Source of the DNA: a virus
Direction: 5' to 3' (one strand)
IMG/VR virus record: IMGVR_UViG_3300009709_000003
Coordinates: 64,001 to 128,000 of that record
Length of the DNA stretch: 64,000 nt
The notes under the pieces were generated by a model, which worked only from the letters and a program-made list of their open reading frames with translations, was not told the origin of the DNA and ran no database searches. Positions 38,774 to 48,303 of the stretch are shown piece by piece (the first letter of the stretch is position 1; the number at the start of each line of letters is the position of its first letter). Position numbers and translations under genes: made by a program.

Positions 38774-39406
38774 ATGGCGTATCCACACCATCCTCGGTTT
38801 AGAAGTGATCTACGCTTTGATTGGTTTACTTCTGATCCTCATTTCCTGCATAAAAATATCATTACATTTGCGAATCGTCCGTTCGGAACGGTTGAGCAGA
38901 TGGACGCAGCCATGATCAATGCTTGGAACGATTGTGTGCAACCAGGTCAGAATATTCTTTGCTTGGGTGATTTCAGCCTGTCAAAGGATCAAACTGCTCT
39001 GGATCGAATTATGAGTCGGCTGCAAGGTAATAAATTTATTATTCCGGGGAACCACGAAGCTTGGCTTAAACATCAACAGTTGCATCACTATTGGACTATT
39101 CTCAACGATGTTGAGAGGTTTGTATTGATCGACGAGCGCACTCAAGATAAGCACAATTGTATAGCTTCACATTTCCCCTTTTACACATGGGAGGGTGCCC
39201 ATAAAGGCAATTTCATGCTACATGGTCACTGTCATAGCAACATCGATGCGGCTAATGCCAATACAACACGTATCGATTTGGGTGTAGATAGTACTGCGAA
39301 GTGGACGGGGTCTTATAGACCGGTCTCTGCGAGAGAAGTATTAACCAAATTGAAGACAAAAGTTTACACACCAGTAGACCATCACGGGTTCAAGAATGAA
39401 GATTAA
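38774..39406 (+). CDS. Calcineurin-like metallophosphoesterase
   Basis: FTSDPH, LGDF, GNHE, SHFP, HGHCH. Confidence 0.9.
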   Translation: MAYPHHPRFRSDLRFDWFTSDPHFLHKNIITFANRPFGTVEQMDAAMINAWNDCVQPGQNILCLGDFSLSKDQTALDRIMSRLQGNKFIIPGNHEAWLKHQQLHHYWTILNDVERFVLIDERTQDKHNCIASHFPFYTWEGAHKGNFMLHGHCHSNIDAANANTTRIDLGVDSTAKWTGSYRPVSAREVLTKLKTKVYTPVDHHGFKNED

Positions 39407-40157
39407 ACACATCGACGACATTCACACCGAATTTCACCGCGATCAAGGTCTTGATTTTGTTACATCTATTGTAAATCCAGGTGATGTGGACGTTCTTACT
39501 CTTGGTGGTGATATCAAGACTGCAAAAGACACTTGCGACCGTCTTAAGCCATTCACTGACGAATTTCCACATGTGGTGTACGTGCTGGGCAATCATGACT
39601 ACTACGGTGGTTCAGCACAGCAAGTACATGATGACATTCGCGAGTGGGTTGAAACTAACCACGTTTCAAACTTTTACTTTCTTCACAATGAAAGTAAGAA
39701 AATCGACAATGTAACCTTTCATGGTACAACCCTGTGGGTACCTAATCCAGGACCCGGCGCGCATCAAATTATATCCAGACGCATGAATGATTTTGTGCAG
39801 ATTACAGACTTGATTAAAGATCCCTACTGGCTCTACAAGCAAAATGAAGATGCCGTATTATTTCTGGCAGACAATATCAAGGAAGGCGATGTGGTAGTCA
39901 CCCATCATCTGCCATCGGCCCAGCTGATTTCCCCTGAGTATGGTGGGTCAGATACAAATTGTGCTTATCACGACAATTTGGATAACTTGATTTTACGGAC
40001 CAAACCGAAACTGTGGCTCCATGGTCATTCCCATACTTCGGCACAAATCAAAATTGGTGACACCCTGTGTGTACGTAACCCTTATGGATATTTTGTGGAT
40101 GAATATTGGAGTCAAACAAATTCCAACTTCGACTACGATTTGGTGCTAGACGCATAA
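39396..40157 (+). CDS. Calcineurin-like metallophosphoesterase
   Basis: DDIH, GGDI, GNHD, THHLP, HGHSH, NPYGY. Confidence 0.9.
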   Translation: MKIKHIDDIHTEFHRDQGLDFVTSIVNPGDVDVLTLGGDIKTAKDTCDRLKPFTDEFPHVVYVLGNHDYYGGSAQQVHDDIREWVETNHVSNFYFLHNESKKIDNVTFHGTTLWVPNPGPGAHQIISRRMNDFVQITDLIKDPYWLYKQNEDAVLFLADNIKEGDVVVTHHLPSAQLISPEYGGSDTNCAYHDNLDNLILRTKPKLWLHGHSHTSAQIKIGDTLCVRNPYGYFVDEYWSQTNSNFDYDLVLDA

Positions 40158-40426
40158 ATATAAGAAATCTAGGCAATATTATATAGGGTATGCCTTCTCG
40201 TTGTAACTACGCTTAAAAAGGTTATTTAAAATGTCTAAATTGATGCCGGACATTAAAATTTTGGTTAACGCTGTTCGATCTGTATTGGGCAAGCAATCTA
40301 CTAAACACGTGTCCATTGGTTTGAAGCTATATAAAGATGAGTATGGATACGTTGTAGTCGATAACAATACCGCCTGCAATGGTAAGCTTGTGGCTACAGG
40401 CACCCACACCTTCACACTTAAATAAA

Positions 40427-40444
40427 TTGGCACGGAATTTGCAA
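40427..40444 (+). promoter_or_regulatory. Sigma-54-type promoter
   Basis: TTGGCACGGAATTTGCAA, then AGGAG and ATG 40466. Confidence 0.85.
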
Positions 40445-40465
40445 TACATCAATATAGGAGTTAAC

Positions 40466-41007
40466 ATGTTCCATCGTAACAAGGGTAAGATCTTTCTGCT
40501 GCTAGCCGCTATCGTAATCGATTGGGTCGTATTTGATGGCAAATACCGGAAAGCCCTAGTCGCCAAGATGCGTGGACTTAAGGATAGTACCGTAGAGTGG
40601 TTTCTGTCACACCCTGCCGTACAAGAAGAAGACAAGAAATGAAAACCACGCTGAAAATCTTCGTGGCTTTGTTTGCCCTGGTGGGAATTTTCCTTACCTG
40701 GTTGGTGTGGCCTATCCTACATCTCTTTGGTGTCGTCCTTAAGGCGGCTCCTAGGGTCATGATTATCTTGTTTATGCTTGGACTTGCAACACACGGATAC
40801 CGGGATTTGTTTTCGCTCATCCCTACTGTCTCTCAATGTCAATTGAGCGGCATTTTAATGGTGGCCAGTTTCTTGATTGCTGTATATGCCTTCTTTTCAG
40901 AAAAATTCATGTGGTTTCCTCTGGCATTGATTTTGATGTTGAGTGTGGGCGCGATAGCCGGTACACACGCACGTGATAACAATACATGCCATGCTCAGAA
41001 ACATTGA
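40466..41007 (+). CDS. Two membrane proteins (40466..40642, 40639..41007)
   Basis: One and about four hydrophobic helices. Confidence 0.6.
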
Positions 41008-41018
41008 AAGGTTTTAAC

Positions 41019-41573
41019 ATGCGTAACATTATCCTGATCCTAGCCTTTTGTACTGGTTGTGCTCATGTACCCCTATATAGTCGAGATACCGGCAAGCCTG
41101 ATCATAGGGTATATACTTGCTTGCTTACACAAGCAGAATGTGACCGGGCAGATGTGGCAGCCAAGGTTGTAAACGACTTGGTTGGTCATAAAGTGTTGAT
41201 TCGTGACGATCAAAAGTTTGATTTGGCTATTGTGGCTAATTCTGATAGATTCTTTATGTTTGATAGCCAACCTGCATACCGGGTGAGTGCTAACCAAGTG
41301 GACACATTTATCGAGACATCGTTGGTTGTTAACGACAAGTTTGCCGCATATAACAATGATAATATTGTGGTGTATGTGTCAGCCAATAGCTTAAATGACC
41401 GGCAAGAATCAGTTATGTTTATGCATGAATTCTTGCACTCGCTTGGATTTGGGCATGTAAATAATGCGATATCAGGCATGAACCCTAAGCAGTCAATCGA
41501 CGACCTTGGGTTTACAGAGTATGACTACCAATCTGTACATAACGCTTATAACGGGCTAGACTACACACCATAA
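41019..41573 (+). CDS. Matrixin-like metzincin metalloprotease, lipoprotein
   Basis: HEFLHSLGFGH plus Met-turn (SGMNP); lipobox CTG-C. Confidence 0.8.
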   Translation: MRNIILILAFCTGCAHVPLYSRDTGKPDHRVYTCLLTQAECDRADVAAKVVNDLVGHKVLIRDDQKFDLAIVANSDRFFMFDSQPAYRVSANQVDTFIETSLVVNDKFAAYNNDNIVVYVSANSLNDRQESVMFMHEFLHSLGFGHVNNAISGMNPKQSIDDLGFTEYDYQSVHNAYNGLDYTP

Positions 41574-42454
41574 TGAAAGAGGACCAAATGGGCCACCATA
41601 GACTTGAAGCCGCACAAAACCGCATCGACGACCTTGAAGCCGAGAACAAGCGACTGAAAGATGAATTGAAGGAGCTACGCAATCCTACGAATGTCGGATG
41701 GGCTCAGGTACTCCGTGAGCGCGACGAAGCGTGGACTGCGGCTATAGAGAACGGTAAGTTTATCTACCACATAAGTACCGAACGCGACGCCGCCCTGGCC
41801 AAGCTGGAGAAAGTGCGCGCCGATTTAGAGCGTTTGCGTGCATGCTATGCTGATGTGCACGGTCAACTCGCTTCTGCAGAAGTTGAGCGCAATGACATTC
41901 GCAATACATTGTCTAATGTGAGTAATTGGGCACATGAGCGCGATCGACCAGACTCTACGCACTCCACCGACGGTTTCTTGACCGCTCAAGCTGAGATTCG
42001 TGAGATTCTTGATGCGCCGCCTGGCGTGGTTCAGGTCGATCCTGAGGATTTGCAAGCTACTATTGAAAAATTCAAAAACTCACCGCGTGGATCATCTGGT
42101 GAGTCAAAACGTAAAAGTGCAGAGTGGCTCCTTGGAAAGGAAGACACATCTTACGACATCATCGAACGGGAGGTTGTTCTATGCGGTAATGGCCGTTTCG
42201 TGAATGGCGTAGAGGAGCTGTATGTCTCCGAATCATGCCAAGTCGGCAACGTTGCCGGTGAAATCGCACGCGCCACCGTGCAATTTAAAGTTCCGCGCCA
42301 GGCTAAGGCTAGTTTGGCGGATCGCTTGGAATATTTGCTTCGTACAGGTAAGCAGATGCCCGGTACTGATTCCACCTTGGTAGACGAAGTGCGAACGTTG
42401 GAGGCCAGACAAATGACCCTTTTAAAAGGTGACGAGGAAAATGAGCGTAGTTAG
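41573..42454 (+). CDS. Module-B family coiled-coil protein
   Basis: TERDAALAKLE...YDIIEREVVL...EIARATVQFKVP..SLADRLE. Confidence 0.75.
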   Translation: MKEDQMGHHRLEAAQNRIDDLEAENKRLKDELKELRNPTNVGWAQVLRERDEAWTAAIENGKFIYHISTERDAALAKLEKVRADLERLRACYADVHGQLASAEVERNDIRNTLSNVSNWAHERDRPDSTHSTDGFLTAQAEIREILDAPPGVVQVDPEDLQATIEKFKNSPRGSSGESKRKSAEWLLGKEDTSYDIIEREVVLCGNGRFVNGVEELYVSESCQVGNVAGEIARATVQFKVPRQAKASLADRLEYLLRTGKQMPGTDSTLVDEVRTLEARQMTLLKGDEENERS

Positions 42455-42839
42455 TCCACGTGGTTATTGTAAAGCTTGTTGGCAGGTACCAAAGTCATAC
42501 ACGCAATGGATGGCGATAGCTGCACAATACAAGAACTTGTACCAACTGAGCAGATTGAATGGGGCTCATGAGAACAATATTGAAATGTATTATGATGTAT
42601 GGAAGGCAGCTGTAAAAGAAGCTGACTCATTGCTAGATAAGCTGAGTAAGGCGAAAGAGCTGCGTCAGTGGATACAATCTTTAGGATTCAGTGATGCCCG
42701 TATTGCCAACCGACTTGAACTACTCGAAGCGGCATTTGCCGAAGTATATGCCGAAGGCCGTGAGAGTGTTTGGCAAGATGAGCAGAGAGCAGCTAAAGAA
42801 CGTTCTGACAAGATCAAGAAGGAGCATGGTCTAAAATGA
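42441..42839 (+). CDS. Hypothetical protein with C-terminal module D
   Basis: SKAKELRQW...LLEAAFAEVYAEGR. Confidence 0.6.
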   Translation: MSVVSPRGYCKACWQVPKSYTQWMAIAAQYKNLYQLSRLNGAHENNIEMYYDVWKAAVKEADSLLDKLSKAKELRQWIQSLGFSDARIANRLELLEAAFAEVYAEGRESVWQDEQRAAKERSDKIKKEHGLK

Positions 42840-43717
42840 AATGGCTGTACGACAAATGGCTGGACTGGCAGTGGAAACGCGAACACTCAAAATGGTTGGC
42901 AGAAACAGAAGCTGTCTACTTGTTAAATAGCAAACTCACGTTGTTGATGCCAGACAATAAAGTGGCACAAGAAGTATTTAAATACGCACAGTATGAATAT
43001 CAACGTGCTTTGCAAGTTGACCCAAAATGGAGAAAGAAATGAAACGCGTCTGGAGTGTTAAAGAAGTTGATCAGCTACTCGACGAAATCGCCGAATTACA
43101 AAACAAAATGGTGGTAGACAATCGTCTATTGGATAACTACAAACAGACATTGAAGAATTTAGGCTGCACATTTCGCACGAAGGGTGAACATGTAGGAACA
43201 GTTCTTACTACTCCTTATATTACTCCTTATATTACTCCACCGGACGTTGAGGCTGCCCTGTCGGCAGACCAAATCATAGACACCACCATTAAAACACTGG
43301 AATGGGTGTTGAGTAGGGGTTGGTTTATTAATGGTACACCTGGCCCAATGCAATTAGATCCCGGTGAGATTCGGGATTACATCGAAGAACTTAAGTCCAA
43401 GAAAACGTTGTAAATCCGACCAGAATATCTTCTATATGCTAGAATGAAGCATCAACCACCAAACACATACCACCAAGCAAAGCTAGCAGCAGGCAAAGCG
43501 TACCTTAAGTACATTGAGGCACGTGATTTGGCTCAGTCCTTGCATAATCACACTTGGGAGAAGCGTGTTAGTTGGGCGCTTTATTGTCCAGAGTGTGGTG
43601 AAACCAAGGATTTGCGTATCAAGAAAGATGTTTTAAAATGAGTGAACAGAAGTATCGTGCCCCCTGGCCGAAGTTCAATAAACCATTCATTATTTATAAA
43701 TCCACGAGAAAATCACG

Positions 43718-44569
43718 ATGCAAAATTTAAATACAGTAGAAGAAGTTATTCAATGGGCAAAGCAGCCAGACGAAGAAACCGCTAAGTTCATAAAGGACAG
43801 CATTGAACTGCGGCTCAGTTTTATCAACTTCCTGAAAATGAATCCTCCCTTGGACGCTCCTATGGAAATTTTCTATGGGTCTGATCTAGACACTGTACGC
43901 GAGAATGCTAGATTGCGTGCATATTTTGAACAATGCTGGTTGAGTGAGAATTTTGGCAACCGAGAACGTTATCCAGTGGGAGGACCAGGGATCGTATCAT
44001 TTGCTCACGATTTACGTGATGCAATGAATGCTAAACTTGAGGACGAAACTTCTCAAGATAAGGAGTCGTTGACAATGACTAGGAAACCTAACAAACATAT
44101 CGGCTCCAGCTTTGAGTACTTCCTTGAAGAGGAAGGTATGTTGGAGGAAGTAAACACAGCAGTAAAAATTGATTTAGAAGTTTCACCTACACATGCAACG
44201 GAGACGGTGGCCAAGATTCTTATTAACCCACCGCAATCTACTAACCACCAAATCTTTTCGGAAAATGACATCAATGATGTATGGGGAGAAACCGATGTGT
44301 CTCAACCCTACTTTCCAGATCGCGCCTATCAAGCATGTATTTTGGTGTTAGAGGCTCGTGCAGAACGCGACACATGGAAGTACCGATGCGAACAACTTAC
44401 TGTCGCCCCCAACCCAGAGTCCGATTATATCGACGGACAAATTGATGCACTTGAGTGGGTGAGCAACGAGGCGGGTGATGAAGAAGGTTATAAGTGTGGA
44501 GACACGCTTATGGATATCGACAGGCGAATTGTTCAACTACGCAAACAAAAAGAGGCACTTCCTAAATGA
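43718..44569 (+). CDS. Mosaic protein: module A + HIGSSF..FLEEEG segment + module C
   Basis: LNTVEEVIQWA..ETAKFI; KHIGSSFEYFLEEEGMLEEV; LVLEARAERD...IDGQIDALEWV. Confidence 0.7.
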   Translation: MQNLNTVEEVIQWAKQPDEETAKFIKDSIELRLSFINFLKMNPPLDAPMEIFYGSDLDTVRENARLRAYFEQCWLSENFGNRERYPVGGPGIVSFAHDLRDAMNAKLEDETSQDKESLTMTRKPNKHIGSSFEYFLEEEGMLEEVNTAVKIDLEVSPTHATETVAKILINPPQSTNHQIFSENDINDVWGETDVSQPYFPDRAYQACILVLEARAERDTWKYRCEQLTVAPNPESDYIDGQIDALEWVSNEAGDEEGYKCGDTLMDIDRRIVQLRKQKEALPK

Positions 44570-45008
44570 AGACATATCAACGCTGGGTAACTCGTAATGG
44601 TTCAATCGCGGTATTGCATGAAGAACGTGTAAATCCAGTCAGTGGGCAAGTTGAATATATAGGTGAAGTATATGACCACGTGCAAAGAAGGTGGTTCACA
44701 CAAGTTACTTGGATTGCACAATTGGCTACGTATCCAGAGTACGATCTAATTAAAGAGGATCGATAAATGACCGCCCGAGATTCGCTTAGCAGTACAGATT
44801 TAGGTGAACAGTCTAAAAATGGACATGCTTTCCATATTATATTAAACATATGGGATGCCAATAGCACAAAGCACCGGGACCAATCCGGTTTTGTGATTGC
44901 AGACACCCTACTGGATGCCATAACTTTTTATATCAACAAACACAGTGTGATCGGATCACAATATGTGACGATTCACGCTATGCCTTTTAACGCAAAGAAT
45001 GTTACATT

Positions 45009-45593
45009 ATGAACACCCTTCCGCTTTATGTATGGCTTGATCTTGAGACTTCAGGTCTTAATCCACAAACATGTCAAATTTTGGAAGTTTATGCTGAAGT
45101 AACCGACGCAGAGTGTAAACCTGTTGGTGTTCCATCTTTTCATAGGGTGTTGAAATTGACAACTGACCCGGCAAACTGGGACCCATTTGTGCAAAATATG
45201 CACCAGAAAAATGGTCTTCTCGAAGAAGCTAAACATTCAACGTTCACAACATTGAGTGAAGACTGGCAACATTGGGTCGCCAACCAACTTTTCAGTAATG
45301 GTGTATACACACAATATTTTGCAGGTAATACAGTACATTTTGATCGTAAATTTATGGAGCATGCAGACATATTGAACTCGAACGGCATGTCACACCGTCA
45401 CATGGACGTCTCATCATTGCGGATTTTATTTGATATTTTGGGTGTGCCTGCTCCGATTAAGAAAGAGGCACACCGGGCTAAAGATGATGTGCAGGAGAGT
45501 AAATCTCAGTACATGTACTACTATAATTATGCGATGGAGAAATTTAATGGAAACGTCAAACTCTTGTCCGAAATCAACGCAGAATCAAAATGA
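45009..45593 (+). CDS. orn: Oligoribonuclease (DEDDh exonuclease)
   Basis: VWLDLETSGL, MHQKNGL, GNTVHFDRKF, HRHMDVSS, HRAKDDVQES. Confidence 0.88.
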   Translation: MNTLPLYVWLDLETSGLNPQTCQILEVYAEVTDAECKPVGVPSFHRVLKLTTDPANWDPFVQNMHQKNGLLEEAKHSTFTTLSEDWQHWVANQLFSNGVYTQYFAGNTVHFDRKFMEHADILNSNGMSHRHMDVSSLRILFDILGVPAPIKKEAHRAKDDVQESKSQYMYYYNYAMEKFNGNVKLLSEINAESK

Positions 45594-45697
45594 TAACGAT
45601 GATAAACTATATGATGCAATCCTAATGCTTATGATTTCCATGGTTTTGGAATCAAAGGAACAGCAGAATGCGACCCTCTAAAGGACCTAAACCGAGT

Positions 45698-46336
45698 TTA
45701 ATTTGGACAGCGTTGCTTTTTGTGATTATGCTTTTTGTGTTTAGCTTTTTGGTGGGAGAAGCGATCAAGACATTTGTGTCTGTTGTCTCTGACATTCTTA
45801 GCCACTAAATTTGAGTACACACTTTCCAAGTGCAAAAGTCTAATCTTCTCATGCCTTGGACACATTCCAAGTCCAACACCCACCATCTCGGCAACTAGTC
45901 CATATTCTTTTGACCACCAAAACATATTCGAATGATTGGGGTCATTCATTGAGAACTTAGGGTCATGCATAGTTGTATGTGTTAATTCATGCCAAATAGG
46001 TGTGGCGAACACGCAAGTGGTAGCAGTGTTTAGAGTATGATCGTCGTACGACATAGCTACTTTTATAATGTGGTGCTCCACACCGTCCAGAGTTTCTGGA
46101 TAAGACAAACCTATGTATAAAGAATTTGGGTTATTGGTATTGGTTAGATGTACGGGGTCAGTAAATGTTTGATTCTTGTAGAAATAGTATTCTATGTTGT
46201 CTGGTACATACTGGCCTGTAACCATCTCAAAAGTGTGGATCACTTTATTCAAGTCGTGTTCACTCACCGTAGCATCCCCATGAATGCGTTCAGATAACGG
46301 AACCGACAAAATCATAAAGGCCAATAGATGTATCAT
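45698..46336 (-). CDS. Secreted zincin-like protein
   Basis: Signal peptide; WHELTH (HExxH). Confidence 0.55.
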   Translation of the reverse strand: MIHLLAFMILSVPLSERIHGDATVSEHDLNKVIHTFEMVTGQYVPDNIEYYFYKNQTFTDPVHLTNTNNPNSLYIGLSYPETLDGVEHHIIKVAMSYDDHTLNTATTCVFATPIWHELTHTTMHDPKFSMNDPNHSNMFWWSKEYGLVAEMVGVGLGMCPRHEKIRLLHLESVYSNLVAKNVRDNRHKCLDRFSHQKAKHKKHNHKKQRCPN

Positions 46337-46481
46337 GTATACTAGTTCACCTATATTTTATTAATGGAATCCAAACTATATCTAATGCGCATTTACATTA
46401 AACTCCATAACCAAGGCATGCCCTTTGACCAAATCGCCGAACACCTCGGTATGACGGCACAAGGCTTGCAAAGGATGTTGA

Positions 46482-46973
46482 ATGAAGCGAATTCTACTCC
46501 CAATACTACTGATTCTAAGTAGTTGTGCCCACACTGTTGATACCCCTGTAGATCTTAAGTACAGCGAACTTAAGAATCCGGCATATCCGTCGTTTACATA
46601 TTTTTGTCAACTCAGTGTTTCGGACTGCAGGGTGGCCGAAGCGGCGATTGCAGAAATAAACCATACGGTTGGATATCCGTTGTTGGTGAAAAAGGGTAGA
46701 CACCCGAATATCATGATCGAAAGTTTTAGAGAGTTCGATGTAGGTAGTTCACCTATATTTGACTCTGATTATTGTATTATTAGAATACGCAGCAAGACTT
46801 TCCATGATGAACAATTACAGGCATTTTTCTTGCACTATCTAGTGATAAGTCTAGGTATGCGTAAGACTCAGACCATAGATAGTGTTACAAACGAAGACTT
46901 TATCTATTACAAAATTTATCATCTAACCGCTTACGACATCCATATGTTGCGAGCCAAGTTTATGCCGATATGA
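46482..46973 (+). CDS. Lipoprotein, catalytically degenerate paralog of 41019..41573
   Basis: Lipobox LSS-C; CxLxxxxCxxA motif shared; HExxH replaced by HYLVI. Confidence 0.6.
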   Translation: MKRILLPILLILSSCAHTVDTPVDLKYSELKNPAYPSFTYFCQLSVSDCRVAEAAIAEINHTVGYPLLVKKGRHPNIMIESFREFDVGSSPIFDSDYCIIRIRSKTFHDEQLQAFFLHYLVISLGMRKTQTIDSVTNEDFIYYKIYHLTAYDIHMLRAKFMPI

Positions 46974-47299
46974 AAATCACAAACAAATTATTTGACGAGA
47001 GTGTAATTGCTGCAGAACGTGGTGATTTCCACACGGAAGCTGTCTTGTTACGTAGATCACTCATCGCAGACCCATCTAACATTCTAGCCATGACTCACCT
47101 GAGTCAGAATCTCATGTTATACCAACGATATGATGAAGCGCTAGAGATTCTTTTTAAGGCAGAAAGCCTAGCGCCTACCAATCTAATGGTTATTCTAGCC
47201 ATGAACGACTTGGTGCAATCGGTGGAGATGTATGAGACTCGTAATCTTCAATCAAGAACCGGGCGCAAAGCCAGGACAGTTCGTAATCTGCGTCAATAA
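46970..47299 (+). CDS. TPR-repeat protein
   Basis: DPSN..AM..L...L....RYDEAL.....A..LAP.N. Confidence 0.7.
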   Translation: MKITNKLFDESVIAAERGDFHTEAVLLRRSLIADPSNILAMTHLSQNLMLYQRYDEALEILFKAESLAPTNLMVILAMNDLVQSVEMYETRNLQSRTGRKARTVRNLRQ

Positions 47300-48303
47300 T
47301 CGCGGCGCGCACTCATTAACAACTTGCAAACTATACACAATTACAGAAGTTTTCCCTAACTTCTACTTGGTCAAGAATGATCAGGGAATTGAGTCATATT
47401 ATGCGAAATATAGATTTAGCACTGATCCAAAAGCCGCCATCAAACTCAGATCTAGATATGCCAGAATACGAAATGACCTTTGGTGAGCGCGTCGCACGTT
47501 TACTTAGCATTCCCAAAGAAAATGCAGAATACGAACTAGAATTAATTAAGGATATCGCATGTCAAGCTCGAAAAAACCAAAGTACGAAGTAACGATCACC
47601 TTTGATTCTGGTACAGGTGAATTCCATATGCAAGCACTGGATGTATACAATCCAGATGCCAAATACTTAGACATGAATTACATTTGTAAAGCAGTCTGCC
47701 GTATTGCAGAAAACGTGATTAGCACGCTAGATAACGACCAACAAGAGACCATAAAAGACGTAGATATCACCCCATCCACGAAAAAGGGCATGAATTAAAA
47801 TGTGGAGAATTATTGACCCAGACACCAGCGAAGTTATTGCCACATTTTCGTGCATGCCCAATCTGGCTGCGATTAGAGAGTTCGTCCCCAATGCCCAATC
47901 AATGGGCGACTATAATGCTCATGGTGGAATTTTTACTGTAAAATACGGTCATTCGACCGTGGCTTGGGTTCGTAAAGATGAGCAGTGATTACTATAGTTT
48001 TGACTACGAAAATCTGCCTATAAATGTGGATGCAGAACCCACCCCACTCATGTTAATAGATTTTGCAAAACTGGAAACGATACTTAAAGATATAGCTTAT
48101 TTTCATAATGAACATTACATAGTTGATGTGGCCGAATCTAGATACACACTTATAAAGATAAATCGATCAAACCAGTTAGTGCCACAACACAAGCCTAAAA
48201 CTATGCAAGACTTTGCTGTGTTCATAACAGATTGGTTACAACACTACAAAAAGAAGATTTAACGCTAATAATTTTAGAATTTAAATATTTTTAAAGGTTT
48301 AAT

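Noticed and set aside
12071-44569. Diversity-generating retroelement as the cause of the paralog families
   Set aside because: No reverse transcriptase and no TR/VR pair with adenine-specific differences is seen in this window
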